Shown: positions 10,139 to 20,236, counted from the stretch's first letter. The stretch: DNA of 64,000 nt from Spirochaetia bacterium (GCA_963662795.1 OY759746.1:608001-672000), one strand, 5' to 3'. Numbers and translations are program-made. Notes: generated by a model not told the origin, from the letters alone.

Positions 10139-10810
10139 TCACTCTTCTGATATGTCCTCAAGTTTATTGCGGTCAAGAATATGAATTGCGCGCCCTTTCA
10201 GCTGGAGGATATCCGCTTTAACAAATCTCGCAAACACACGGGAAAGAGTCTCCGGTGTTGTCCCGAGAACCCTCGAGAGCTCTCTCTGGCTAACGGGGAG
10301 TTTTATGTCTTCAGTTTCTCCATCACAGTCCGCCGCGACAAGGATATAGGAGGCAAGCCGCTGGGGGATTTCCTTTAACGCAAGAAACTCGACTGTCCTG
10401 ATACATTCATTCATCCTCATCGCAAGGGCGAAAAAAAGATTAATCAGAAGAGAAGGGGCAGCTTCTGCCGTATTCTCAAGGTTTTTACGCGGGAACATAA
10501 GGACAACACTGTCTTCAAGAGCTACAGCGTTGGCAGGAAAGGGAACGCCTGTAAACAGGGTAAAAAGGCCTATCATCTCTCCGGGTTTATACATCTGTAT
10601 AGTCTGTTCCTTGCCGTTATACGATGATTTAGTCAGCTTTACCCTTCCCTTCCTTAAAAGGAAAAGTGCGCCTGACTCTTCCATTTCTTTTGTAATGTAT
10701 TGCCCGGAGGAATATTTTTTTTCAACTGCAGCACGGTTTAACGCTTCAATCTCCTGATCCGAGAGCCCCTGAAACAGCGCGACAGTGCTGATAAATTCAA
10801 TCCTGTCCAT
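10139..10810 (-). CDS. Crp/Fnr family transcriptional regulator (HcpR/Dnr-like, no Fe-S cysteine cluster)
   Basis: cNMP-like domain (LFQGL, GRVKL, PGEMIG) and HTH LGTTPETLSR. Confidence 0.92.
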   Translation of the reverse strand: MDRIEFISTVALFQGLSDQEIEALNRAAVEKKYSSGQYITKEMEESGALFLLRKGRVKLTKSSYNGKEQTIQMYKPGEMIGLFTLFTGVPFPANAVALEDSVVLMFPRKNLENTAEAAPSLLINLFFALAMRMNECIRTVEFLALKEIPQRLASYILVAADCDGETEDIKLPVSQRELSRVLGTTPETLSRVFARFVKADILQLKGRAIHILDRNKLEDISEE

Positions 10811-10953
10811 GTTATCGCCTTTTTGTGATGATCTTCAGTATCCACCTGAGGGCATTTTTTATCAAGTGCCAGCCACATATTACAGGAATGCAGCACCTGC
10901 CGGATTCTAAAAAAAGAGACTTTTTAAAATATTTAAGTGACATTCCGGAAAAA

Positions 10954-10967
10954 TTGATCCAGGTCAA
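10954..10967. promoter_or_regulatory. FNR-type binding box
   Basis: TTGAT-CCAG-GTCAA (AATTGA...TCAATT palindromic flanks) between the divergent Crp/Fnr gene and the oxidoreductase; regulator has the ExxSR recognition helix. Confidence 0.72.
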
Positions 10968-11042
10968 TTACAGGACAATTTATCAGGTATAGCTTTGAAT
11001 CATATTACCGGATTTCAAACAAAAACATTTAAGGAGATTTTT

Positions 11043-12389
11043 ATGATTAAAGCTGATGTTGTCATATTGGGAGGACTGTCAGGAATTACCGCAGGAATAA
11101 GCTGCAGAAGACACTATCCTGACAAAAAGATAGTTCTTGTCCGAAGGGAAGGGACAGTTCTTGTTCCCTGCGGAATTCCCTATATTTTTGGCACTGTGGG
11201 AGGGCCTGAAAACAATGTTGTGCCTGACGGACTTCTTGAAAACAACAAAATTGACCTTATCAAGGATGAAGCGGTCGATGTGGACAGGGAAAAGAAGATA
11301 GTTACATTAAAGAACGGCGAAACATTAAACTATGAAAAGCTCGTATTTGCCACAGGATCCCTTCCGATTATTCCGCCGATTTCCGGAATTGAAAAAGAGA
11401 ATGTATTTCCCGTTAAAAAGGATTTCGCTTATCTTAAGGACCTTCTCGCGAGAATGGACAATGCAAAGGACATTGTGATAATCGGAGGAGGATTTATCGG
11501 TATGGAATTTGCCGATGAATGCCGCAAGAACAGAAAAGTCAATGTTACAGTAGTGGAAATGCTCGACAGGTGCCTTCAGATGGCAATGGATGATGAATAC
11601 TGCGATGAAGCGCAGAAGAAACTTGAGAACACCGGAGTAAAGGTTCTGACAGGGGAAAGAGTAGTCTCGCTTGAAGGGGGAGATGCTGTTGAATCCGTAC
11701 TTCTAGCAAGCGGGAAAAAAATAAAAGCCGATATTGTAATCCTTGGAATAGGTGCGGTACCGAACAGCAAACTCGCTGAAAAAGCGGGGCTTGAAATAGG
11801 CTTCAGGAAAGCAATCAAGGTTGACCGCTTCATGAGAACCTACAATGACAGCAGTGTTTTCGCATGCGGCGACTGCTGCACGAAAGAATCATTTTTTGAT
11901 GGTAAACCTTCGGGCGTAATGCTTGCTTCTGTCGCTACAGCTGAAGCCAGAATGGCGGGAGCAAACCTTTTTTCCCCGGTTCATCACAACTGCGGAGTAA
12001 TAAGCGTATTTGCTACAGTTATAGATGAAAGGGCTTTCGGCGTAGCCGGAATTGTTGAGAGGACGGCAAGGGATAGCGGAATGAATATTGTTGTCGGCAG
12101 GGCGGAGGCCGCCGATACACACCCCGGAGGAATGCCGAATTCAACCATGCTTAAAGTTAAAATGATATTTGCCAAAGATACAGGCATCCTGGTCGGAGGA
12201 GCTGTTTCAGGCGGCAAATCCACAGGAGAGATGATCAATGTAATCAGCGCCTGTATCCTTCACCGGATGACAGCGGATGATATTGTGAAGTTCCAGATGG
12301 GGACACACCCTGCGCTCACTTCTTCGCCGATAGCCTACCCGATAGTAACAGCCGCCTGCAAGGCAATTATCCCGATCCACAGGGGATAA
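11043..12389 (+). CDS. FAD-dependent pyridine nucleotide-disulfide oxidoreductase (NADH oxidase/CoA-disulfide reductase family)
   Basis: Single redox Cys in PCGIPY, ATGS, IIGGGFIGME NAD site, GDC; RBS AAGGAG before ATG 11043. Confidence 0.88.
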   Translation: MIKADVVILGGLSGITAGISCRRHYPDKKIVLVRREGTVLVPCGIPYIFGTVGGPENNVVPDGLLENNKIDLIKDEAVDVDREKKIVTLKNGETLNYEKLVFATGSLPIIPPISGIEKENVFPVKKDFAYLKDLLARMDNAKDIVIIGGGFIGMEFADECRKNRKVNVTVVEMLDRCLQMAMDDEYCDEAQKKLENTGVKVLTGERVVSLEGGDAVESVLLASGKKIKADIVILGIGAVPNSKLAEKAGLEIGFRKAIKVDRFMRTYNDSSVFACGDCCTKESFFDGKPSGVMLASVATAEARMAGANLFSPVHHNCGVISVFATVIDERAFGVAGIVERTARDSGMNIVVGRAEAADTHPGGMPNSTMLKVKMIFAKDTGILVGGAVSGGKSTGEMINVISACILHRMTADDIVKFQMGTHPALTSSPIAYPIVTAACKAIIPIHRG

Positions 12390-12399
12390 TAAAAACAGT

Positions 12400-12424
12400 A
12401 AAGCCGCCTTTACGGCGGCTTTTT
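12400..12424. terminator. Rho-independent terminator, likely bidirectional
   Basis: AAAGCCGCC-TTTAC-GGCGGCTTTTT. Confidence 0.85.
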
Positions 12425-12425
12425 A

Positions 12426-12449
12426 TTTATGGGCCCACTTGAACTTGAA
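12426..12449. repeat. att-like direct repeat: duplicated 3' end of tRNA-Ile2
   Basis: TTTATGGGCCCACTTGAACTTGAA matches 32598-32621 TTTATGGGCCCACTTGGACTTGAA at 23/24 nt. Confidence 0.88.
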
Positions 12450-12661
12450 TTTAACCAGCCCTTTAATGTTTCTAATATACAGCTTCATAAAATGATCGCC
12501 ACGCTAAAAGCCAGTCTATCCTGTTGTTTCGATTACAGTATGATCGGGGAAAAAATAAATATTTTTTTATTTTCTTTATTTTCTTTATTTATTATTACCC
12601 TATCCCGCAAGGTATTTAATGCTACAATTCTTATATTTCCAAAATTAGTCGGGAGGTTGTG

Positions 12662-12808
12662 ATGTCATTAAAAACTAATATTCTATCAGGATTAAGTGCC
12701 GGTGCTTTAATTTATCCAGAAGTTATAAAAGGGAATCAAGTTCCGGCAGAATGGATGATAAAGGATACAAGGAATAGTAATAAAATTAAATTCTATTTTG
12801 CAATATAA
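12662..12808 (+). CDS. Putative 48-aa small protein or gene remnant
   Basis: GGGAGG RBS before GTG/ATG; MSLKTNILSGLSAGALIYPEVIKGNQVPAEWMIKDTRNSNKIKFYFAI; ends 26 nt before the HD-GYP gene. Confidence 0.35.
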   Translation: MSLKTNILSGLSAGALIYPEVIKGNQVPAEWMIKDTRNSNKIKFYFAI

Positions 12809-12834
12809 ACTGAACCTTAATCTGGAGAAGGGAC

Positions 12835-14004
12835 ATGAATAAATCAAATATTCTGATTTTAGATGATGAACCTCTAATTAGAGATCTTCTTGAAAATTAT
12901 CTGTCAAATGATTATGAAATATTTCAGGCAGATTCCGGATATAAAGCGCTTGAGATGCTTTCAAATATTAAAATAGATTTAGCTTTTGTTGATATAAATA
13001 TGCCGGCAATGAAAGGAACTGATTTTATTAAAAAAGCAAGAATAAATTATCCTGACATTGCCTATATCATTATTTCCGGTGAAAAAGATATAGATGCCGC
13101 GATTGAAGCTTTACATTCAGGAGTTTTTGACTTTATCAAAAAACCTTTTACTGATTTAAAATATTTAAAAAAAGTAATAAACAACTCATTGGAAAAAAGA
13201 AAGCTTATTACAGAAAACAAAAAATATAAAGAAAATCTCGAATCTCTTGTCGAAAAAAGAACAGCAGAACTGGAGATAAAAAATAAAGAGTTAATACATT
13301 CTCAAAACAGGATAGTAGGTATTTTATCCCGTGCAGCAGAGTATAAGGATTATGAAACTGGTCAGCATTTTATCAGGGTATCCCAATATTCAGGCATTAT
13401 TGCAGAAGCCTTGGGACTTGAGGAAAAAAAGATTGAGATTATCAGACAGGCAGCGCCAGTTCATGATATAGGGAAAATAGGGATCCCGGAAAAATTACTA
13501 TTAAAACAGGGAAAACTGACTGATGAAGAATATTCAGAAATGAAAAATCATTGTATATATGGTGAAGAAATATTAAATAGCCAGTCTCTGGATATCTTTA
13601 TACAAAATAAGCATTTTGATGTTGACAGCATGATATATACTGATGAATTGCTTAATACTGCTGCGGTTATCGCAAAATCGCATCATGAAAGATATAACGG
13701 AAGCGGATATCCGGATAGACTTAAAAAAAATGAAATACCAATTGAAGCAAGAATAGTTTCAGTTGCAGATGTATATGACGCGATAGGAACAGAAAGAGCA
13801 TATAAAAAAGCCTGGGATGAACAAAAATGTCAGGATTATATAAAAAATAACGCTGGAGAACTTTTTGACCCTGTTGTGGTTAATGCTTTTATATCAAATA
13901 TAAATAAAATAACAATGATAAAGCGTGTTTTTAAAGAAGAGCAAAACACATCAAATTCTTACGTGCTCCAAAAACTGGAAAAAGAAATGGCCTTAATTAA
14001 TTAG
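12835..14004 (+). CDS. Response regulator with HD-GYP c-di-GMP phosphodiesterase domain (RpfG-like)
   Basis: REC (LDDE, VDINMP) plus ETGQH, HDIGK, HHERYNGSGYP, VADVYDA. Confidence 0.93.
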   Translation: MNKSNILILDDEPLIRDLLENYLSNDYEIFQADSGYKALEMLSNIKIDLAFVDINMPAMKGTDFIKKARINYPDIAYIIISGEKDIDAAIEALHSGVFDFIKKPFTDLKYLKKVINNSLEKRKLITENKKYKENLESLVEKRTAELEIKNKELIHSQNRIVGILSRAAEYKDYETGQHFIRVSQYSGIIAEALGLEEKKIEIIRQAAPVHDIGKIGIPEKLLLKQGKLTDEEYSEMKNHCIYGEEILNSQSLDIFIQNKHFDVDSMIYTDELLNTAAVIAKSHHERYNGSGYPDRLKKNEIPIEARIVSVADVYDAIGTERAYKKAWDEQKCQDYIKNNAGELFDPVVVNAFISNINKITMIKRVFKEEQNTSNSYVLQKLEKEMALIN

Positions 14005-14113
14005 ATTAATTATCTTATACTGAGACATAAATCCCTGACGATATATATTTTATTATTATAGAATTTTCAAATACGTTCTGCAGGAAACCTTTAAATAAAA
14101 AACAGGGGAGAAA

Positions 14114-15434
14114 ATGAGTATTACACTGATGAATGAACGGGCATCTGAAATTAACTCAACAACAGAATGTTTATTACACAGGTAAGCTTTTTTATAGTAT
14201 TGGTTCTTATTCTTTCTATTTCAAGTGTCTTTTTTTTTAACAATGAGACATATATAACACATAAAGTTTTATCAGACTTTAATCATGAACTTGAGTTGAT
14301 TGCAAATCAGTTTAATTTCAAGCTCCTAGTGACCGAAGAACAAATCAAGGCAATTACAAGCCGATCAATGATAAAAAAAAGCTTCATGAATTTCACTTAA
14401 ACAATATTTCAATTGATGAAGTAAGGGCCTTTACACAAACAGAATACGCAGACGACACCTCTGTATATGCAAACCTGCTCCATGCAGTCAGATTTGATGC
14501 AAACAATAACATTATTGCATCCTACGGGAACTCCCCGATTAAAATTAAAAAGACAAATGACAAAGAGTTTTTTAATAATGAAAACGGATGTAATATTATT
14601 CTGAGAAATGAAATCATTCATAACAATGAACTAATCGGCTATGATAATGCAGCTTTTCTGCTATGCAATTTTAAAGATCACAAATCACTTTTACTTAAAA
14701 ATATTTCAATAATTAAAAATCCTGTTCAAAATATAAATCGAGTCAAATATTTTTACTCAGTTGCAATCGAAAAAACCAGATATTCATTATATGCAGAATT
14801 AAATCGGGATTAATTAAAATCAGAGTTATTGACTCAGTTAAAATAAATTTTGCTCCAGTCTGCTTTATTAATAATTATAGTCTCAGATTTTACAATTTTA
14901 AAATCAACATTTCACATAATACAGGACTTGAAACAGTCTTCACGGAAAGACCCATTGACCGGCTTGGCAAACAGAAAAGTTTTATGGGAAAAAGCAGCAT
15001 ATTTACTGGAACAATCAAAAAGATACAATTTTAAATTCGCATTACTATATATTGACGTTGACAGCTTCAAAACAATTAATGATACATACGGGCACAAGGC
15101 TGGTGATGATTTATTAATAATGATTGCTTCAAGATTATCAGAAAGTGTGCGCTCAACTGATGAAGTTATAAGAATTGGCGGAGATGAATTTGTTATAATA
15201 ATTTCAAGAATTAATGAGCATGGGGACGGCGGGAAAATAACAGAAAAAATTCTAAACAATTTTTTCAGGATTTTTAAGATCGGATTATATGATTTAAAAA
15301 TAGGGGCAAGCATAGGTATTTCTGTTTCAAAACCTGACAACAAATTAACAGTAGATAAATTATTGTCGGAAGCTGATCTTGCGATGTACGAGATTAAAAG
15401 ATCAGGTAAAAACAGCTTTAAATTTTCCAATTAA
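14114..15434 (+). pseudogene. Decayed membrane-bound sensor diguanylate cyclase; GGDEF domain still intact (14850-15434)
   Basis: RBS+ATG 14114, frameshift near 14165, frameshift in A8 run 14373-14380, in-frame TAA at 14811 and 14844, then DPLTGLANR...RSTD..RIGGDEF. Confidence 0.8.
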
Positions 15435-15439
15435 ATAAT

Positions 15440-16039
15440 TTATTTCTGATCATCATTAAATAATATAATTTTAGAATTATTTTCAATGTTTTCCTTCACA
15501 ATATTATCCATATATTTTTTTTCATAAAGCATTAAAAGATTTGTGCTTTTTATAATTTTTCTTACAAGAACTTTCCCTGTTTCGGGGAAAAAGTATATTT
15601 TACGTCCGTAATCTTCTCCTGTATCTCTTGCAATTACCGGAATATTTTCAGCTGCAAGAAATTTAAAAACAAACTCTGTATTTTTTAGCCCGATATGATA
15701 CTTCACGGAAGAATCCGTATAAAGGACATTGCCACCTCCAAAAACTTTAGCAATAAGCTCTCTTTTTTCAACACTTCTTTTCATCAGGCTGTTGATAAGG
15801 AGTTCCATTGCATATACTCCGTATCTCCCAGGGAAACTGTTTTCCAAGAAAACAATTTCAGATGATGCAGGAAGCATAAAATGATTAATACCTCCAATAT
15901 GTTTTTTATTGGAGTAAAGAACAACAGAAACGCACGACCCGAGTATTGTGCATATTACATCTTCCGCGCTTGTATAATACTCTCCCGGGTTAATAAGCAT
16001 AACTTCCCTGTCAATTTTAGAGTTGTAGATTTTTTTCAT
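15440..16039 (-). CDS. cheD: Chemoreceptor glutamine deamidase CheD
   Basis: TILGSCVSV, GGINHFMLP, AKVFGG, DTG...GRKI. Confidence 0.93.
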   Translation of the reverse strand: MKKIYNSKIDREVMLINPGEYYTSAEDVICTILGSCVSVVLYSNKKHIGGINHFMLPASSEIVFLENSFPGRYGVYAMELLINSLMKRSVEKRELIAKVFGGGNVLYTDSSVKYHIGLKNTEFVFKFLAAENIPVIARDTGEDYGRKIYFFPETGKVLVRKIIKSTNLLMLYEKKYMDNIVKENIENNSKIILFNDDQK

Positions 16040-16063
16040 ATTATTTGCTGCAGAGTGCAGACA

Positions 16064-16426
16064 TCAATCCAGTACTTTTTTTACAGTATTGAGCAACCCT
16101 TCATTTGTAAAAGGTTTTACAATCCATCCGGTAGCTCCTGCCGCCTTCCCCTTCTCAAGCATATCATTGGCGCTTTCTGTAGTAAGAACAAGGATGGGAA
16201 CATACCTGGTAGAATCCTGCGCTCTTAATTTTTTAATCAGATCTATTCCATTCATGTTCGGCATATTTATATCTGTTATAACAAGATCTATATTAACGCC
16301 TGATGATTTTGCAACCCCGTCAACCCCGTCAACGCCTTCCAGAACATTGAAACCGTTTTCCTTGAGAAGATAACTGAGACTCATTCTTACTACAGAAGAA
16401 TCATCAACAATCAGTATTGTTTTCAT
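16064..16426 (-). CDS. cheY: Chemotaxis response regulator CheY
   Basis: Single REC domain VDDS, TDINMP, LTTES, GATGWIVKPF inside che operon. Confidence 0.93.
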   Translation of the reverse strand: MKTILIVDDSSVVRMSLSYLLKENGFNVLEGVDGVDGVAKSSGVNIDLVITDINMPNMNGIDLIKKLRAQDSTRYVPILVLTTESANDMLEKGKAAGATGWIVKPFTNEGLLNTVKKVLD

Positions 16427-16575
16427 ATTGCACCATCCTATAATTTATGGACCCCTCAAAAAACTGTATTTTCCCCGGGGCAAGGAAGCAAAATACCCTA
16501 AGGCACATTGCATGGGGATAAACCTGTTTACACAGGATTATTCAAAAGTTATTCGATATCACCTTTTATACTTTT

Positions 16576-18312
16576 TCAGAACAACGTTATACTGCTTTCA
16601 GATACACTTTGCTCAAAATTTTCTTCATTCATAATTTTACCTTTATGGCGGAAAATTGTAAATTTATTTAAAAGATTATCAATTTCGCTGCTCTTAGCCA
16701 AAACAGCAAGTCTCTCCTTATCAATCATGTTGTATGATTGATTAATTTCTTCAAGACTCCGGATAATTTCGACTTTCATAATTTTCAGGGACTGTTTCGA
16801 TTCACCGATCAATCCGATATTTTTCTTTATGCTATCATAAATCATCACAAAGGGCCTGTTTATAAAGGTCAGTTTATTTAACAATTCTCTGAAAATATAT
16901 CCTGATTGCTCTGACAATTCAGCAAGTTTTTTAATTTCATTTTTGAAATTTTCAGTAAATAATTTATTATCATTGATAATTTTTCTCAATTCAGTGTCGG
17001 TTGCTTTATTCAGACTATTAAAATTATCATAGATACTTTCAATCTGTTTTGCAGATTCTGAAATAATATCAACTTCCCTTTGAATATCATTTATTGATGT
17101 TTCAACATTTGCTATTGCCGGGTGCCTTGCGATTTCAATCCTTGCCAGAACTATTGTATGATTGAATACCGAAACAGGATCGGTAAATGCAGCTATAAAA
17201 TCATGAAGCTGAGCAAATGCATTTAAAAGCAAATTTTTATGTTTTATTAACTCTGCCTCAAAACCGCATATATTTTCACTTTCCGAAACTACTCCTTCAA
17301 GCGTTGACGACATACCGTTAAGACATCCAATAAGGTTCACCCTTTCTGAATCTGCATTGAACTGCTCTTTTGCGAATCCTTCTTTCTTTTTTTGAAGTTC
17401 TTTAAGAAGAGTTACCATTTTATCAATGTTATCTTTTAAAACTACTTCATCAGTATCAAGCCGGTCAGCAACCTCATCCAGGACAAATACTGATAAATCA
17501 TATATCTTTTTACTTAGATAGGTTACTTCATCAGAACTTCTGTCAGTTTTCAGCTTTTCAAGCTCTTCAAGTGATAGAAGTATATGGTCCATGGACTGTC
17601 TTATAATATCCTGATTCTGAAGTCCCTCGAAAACAGAAAGAACAGCAGGTTTCATTTTCTGTGCTTCATTATAGACTGTCTCAATAAAATCAACAGCAGA
17701 ACTGATTGATTTCTTCAATGCAGAAAAATCACTTGTAAGTGCGCTATTAATAATTGTTGCTATTTTTTTCTGGAGAATCAGTATCCCTTCCGACTTATTT
17801 TTAAGCTTATCAAAATGTTCGTATACTATTCCGCGCTGAGTATTGAGATTCCCTGCCAGATAAAATGTATTTTTTGCGTTTTTCTGGAATCCGTCAGTGA
17901 TGCAGGTAAACCCTCCTCCATGCTTTCCGGCCTGTATTGCAACTACCATCGCATTTAGGGCAAGAAGCTCCATCTGTTCAGCTGATTTAATAATTTCCCC
18001 TATTGGGTGATGCATTTTATTGAGAACTTCAAAACTGTCAAAAATCCTGGACAGGACAGAAACGAACCCTTCAGTGTATTCTTTATGTTCTTTCTGAGCT
18101 TCTGTTACTTTTTTCTCCAGAAGAAATATGACACTGCTCAGACTTTTTTCAGAAGTATTTTCAAGATTATTCCTGAACTCATCTATAACTGTTTCTGATT
18201 CTGACAGGGAACTGTCTACCTCAATTTTTAATTTTTTCAGCAAATCTCCTATTTTGAGATAAGATTCTCCGAGTATATTCTGTGTTTCAATAAGAGATTC
18301 TATGTTTTTCAT
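16576..18312 (-). CDS. Soluble atypical chemoreceptor-like protein (BB0569-like)
   Basis: No TM; degenerate MCP hairpin LLALNAMVVAIQAGKHGGGF, LQNQDIIRQ motif, second degenerate tip LARIEIAR; between cheB and cheY. Confidence 0.72.
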   Translation of the reverse strand: MKNIESLIETQNILGESYLKIGDLLKKLKIEVDSSLSESETVIDEFRNNLENTSEKSLSSVIFLLEKKVTEAQKEHKEYTEGFVSVLSRIFDSFEVLNKMHHPIGEIIKSAEQMELLALNAMVVAIQAGKHGGGFTCITDGFQKNAKNTFYLAGNLNTQRGIVYEHFDKLKNKSEGILILQKKIATIINSALTSDFSALKKSISSAVDFIETVYNEAQKMKPAVLSVFEGLQNQDIIRQSMDHILLSLEELEKLKTDRSSDEVTYLSKKIYDLSVFVLDEVADRLDTDEVVLKDNIDKMVTLLKELQKKKEGFAKEQFNADSERVNLIGCLNGMSSTLEGVVSESENICGFEAELIKHKNLLLNAFAQLHDFIAAFTDPVSVFNHTIVLARIEIARHPAIANVETSINDIQREVDIISESAKQIESIYDNFNSLNKATDTELRKIINDNKLFTENFKNEIKKLAELSEQSGYIFRELLNKLTFINRPFVMIYDSIKKNIGLIGESKQSLKIMKVEIIRSLEEINQSYNMIDKERLAVLAKSSEIDNLLNKFTIFRHKGKIMNEENFEQSVSESSITLF

Positions 18313-18313
18313 A

Positions 18314-19375
18314 CTATCTTACCAGATCTATCACTCTAGGGGCTATTTTTAAAAGAGGAAGAACTTCATCTACAGCGCCTCTCTTTACTGCTTCCTTAGG
18401 CATACCGTAAACTACGCATGATTTTTCATCCTGTGCTATCGTATAAGCACCGTTGTCTTTCATCTCCTTCATCCCCCTGGCGCCGTCATCACCCATGCCC
18501 GTCATTATAATCCCTATAACATTCTCCCCGGCAAAGCGGGCAGCGGATCTGAAAAGGACATCAACACTCGGACGGTGTCTGCTTACAAGAGGGCCTGTCC
18601 TTACTTCAATAAAATATTCTGTTCCTGAAGTTTTTAAAAGCATATGATCATCTCCGGGAGCCACAAATACATCTCCCCTCTTCATTTTCATACCGTTTAC
18701 AGCTTCCTGGACATGCGCTTTTGAAAGAGTATTCAGCCTGTCTGCAAAAGCTTTGGTAAAATGCTTAGGCATATGCTGTACAATTAAAATTGGAGGCATG
18801 TTATCTGGAATCATCATAAGAAAATCCTTTAATGCCTCAGTTCCTCCAGTTGAAGCTCCGACTACAATAACCTTTTCCGTTGTTTTAATATTCCCCGCTT
18901 TTCCTGCAGGAAGTATTACATCTGCCGTAAGTTTAGAAGTTACGGAAATTGTTTTTTCAGGACTCTTTTTCCCGACTTTTGCATTTACAGCAGCCTTTAC
19001 AGTATCCTGGATCTTTGTTTTGGATTCTTCGATAAATTCTTTCGTTCCAAATTTGGGCTTTTCAATTATCTCGAGTGCTCCGTGATCAAGAGCAGATATC
19101 GCATTTATGGAATTATGCTGGGAAAAACTTGAGCAGATAATAACAGGAAGGGGTTTTTCAGCCATTATTTTCTTTAGATATGTAAGACCGTCCATCTGGG
19201 GCATCTGAAGATCAAGAATCAGAACATCAGGGCTGAAACTTGCAAATTTATTTTCTGCAAAGACAGGATTGGATGCAGAAAGAGTCTCAAATCCGTCTGC
19301 TTCAGGCAGAATAGCCTGCATTGTCTGCCGGACAAGTGCGGAGTCATCAACAATCATAACTTTAATTTTTTTCAT
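18314..19375 (-). CDS. cheB: Chemotaxis methylesterase CheB
   Basis: REC plus GASTGG, VQHMP, HRPSVDVLF, MTGMGDDG. Confidence 0.97.
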   Translation of the reverse strand: MKKIKVMIVDDSALVRQTMQAILPEADGFETLSASNPVFAENKFASFSPDVLILDLQMPQMDGLTYLKKIMAEKPLPVIICSSFSQHNSINAISALDHGALEIIEKPKFGTKEFIEESKTKIQDTVKAAVNAKVGKKSPEKTISVTSKLTADVILPAGKAGNIKTTEKVIVVGASTGGTEALKDFLMMIPDNMPPILIVQHMPKHFTKAFADRLNTLSKAHVQEAVNGMKMKRGDVFVAPGDDHMLLKTSGTEYFIEVRTGPLVSRHRPSVDVLFRSAARFAGENVIGIIMTGMGDDGARGMKEMKDNGAYTIAQDEKSCVVYGMPKEAVKRGAVDEVLPLLKIAPRVIDLVR

Positions 19376-19393
19376 TATTCCCTCAATCTAACT

Positions 19394-20218
19394 CTATATT
19401 TTTTTAAAAACAGCAGGCGCACAGGATTTGAGATTAAAATTCATTCCAGCCATTGATTCGGAATGCCCAAGAAAGAGATGTCCTTCGGGACAGATTTTTT
19501 TTACCAGATTCCCGATAATATATTTCTGCTTTTCTCTCTCAAAATAAATCAAGACATTCCTGCAGAAAACAATATCAAAAGTCCCGGGAACATTATAATT
19601 ACTGCTCATCAGATTAAAGGTTCCAAGTTTAATATTATTTTTCAGAAAGGATTTAAAACGGTACTTTTTCTGTCCGGAATCTGCAGGTTCCAGATATCTG
19701 TCAATAAAGCCGGGAAAAGGGATGGTCTTTACATTGTCTTCTGAATATTCCCCGCTTTTCGCAATTTCAAGTACTTTTGTGGAAATATCTGTACCAATTA
19801 CAGAATACTTTAGTCTGTAATTATGCTTTTTTATATACTCTTCTATTTCCATGGCAATAGAATAAAGTTCCTCTCCGGAAGAACTTGCGCATGACCATAT
19901 TTTAAGCTCTTTTTTCCCTTTTTTCTCATATTCAGGGAGAAGGACCTCCCGGATATAATTAAAATGCCCTATTTCCCTGAAAAAGTCTGTTTTATTCGTT
20001 GCAATAGTGTTACAGAATTCAACAAGCTCTTTTTTTGAATTACTGTCACCCGTCTTCAGATAGTCGCAGTAATCCTGAAAAGAAGTAAGACTCAGAATCC
20101 TTAATCTTTTTGTAAGACGGGTTTCCATCAGCTGTTTCTTTTCAGGTGTCATTTTTATACCCATTATTTTCTTAACCAGTTCTGACAGGTATAAAAAGCT
20201 TTTATCATCAATATTCAT
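19394..20218 (-). CDS. cheR: Chemotaxis methyltransferase CheR
   Basis: TNKTDFFRE, IWSCASSSGEE.YS, GTDIS, FCRNVLIYF, LGHSES. Confidence 0.96.
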   Translation of the reverse strand: MNIDDKSFLYLSELVKKIMGIKMTPEKKQLMETRLTKRLRILSLTSFQDYCDYLKTGDSNSKKELVEFCNTIATNKTDFFREIGHFNYIREVLLPEYEKKGKKELKIWSCASSSGEELYSIAMEIEEYIKKHNYRLKYSVIGTDISTKVLEIAKSGEYSEDNVKTIPFPGFIDRYLEPADSGQKKYRFKSFLKNNIKLGTFNLMSSNYNVPGTFDIVFCRNVLIYFEREKQKYIIGNLVKKICPEGHLFLGHSESMAGMNFNLKSCAPAVFKKI

Positions 20219-20236
20219 GGTTTGTACCGCATTACG

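Noticed and set aside
12429-12662. 77-aa ORF starting in the att repeat
   Set aside because: Starts inside the tRNA-derived repeat right after a terminator, no RBS, low-complexity T-rich sequence; likely spurious
16427-16575. 149-bp gap before cheY examined for a c-di-GMP riboswitch
   Set aside because: No GEMM consensus (GGCAAA/GNRA tetraloop-receptor arrangement) recognisable on the minus strand
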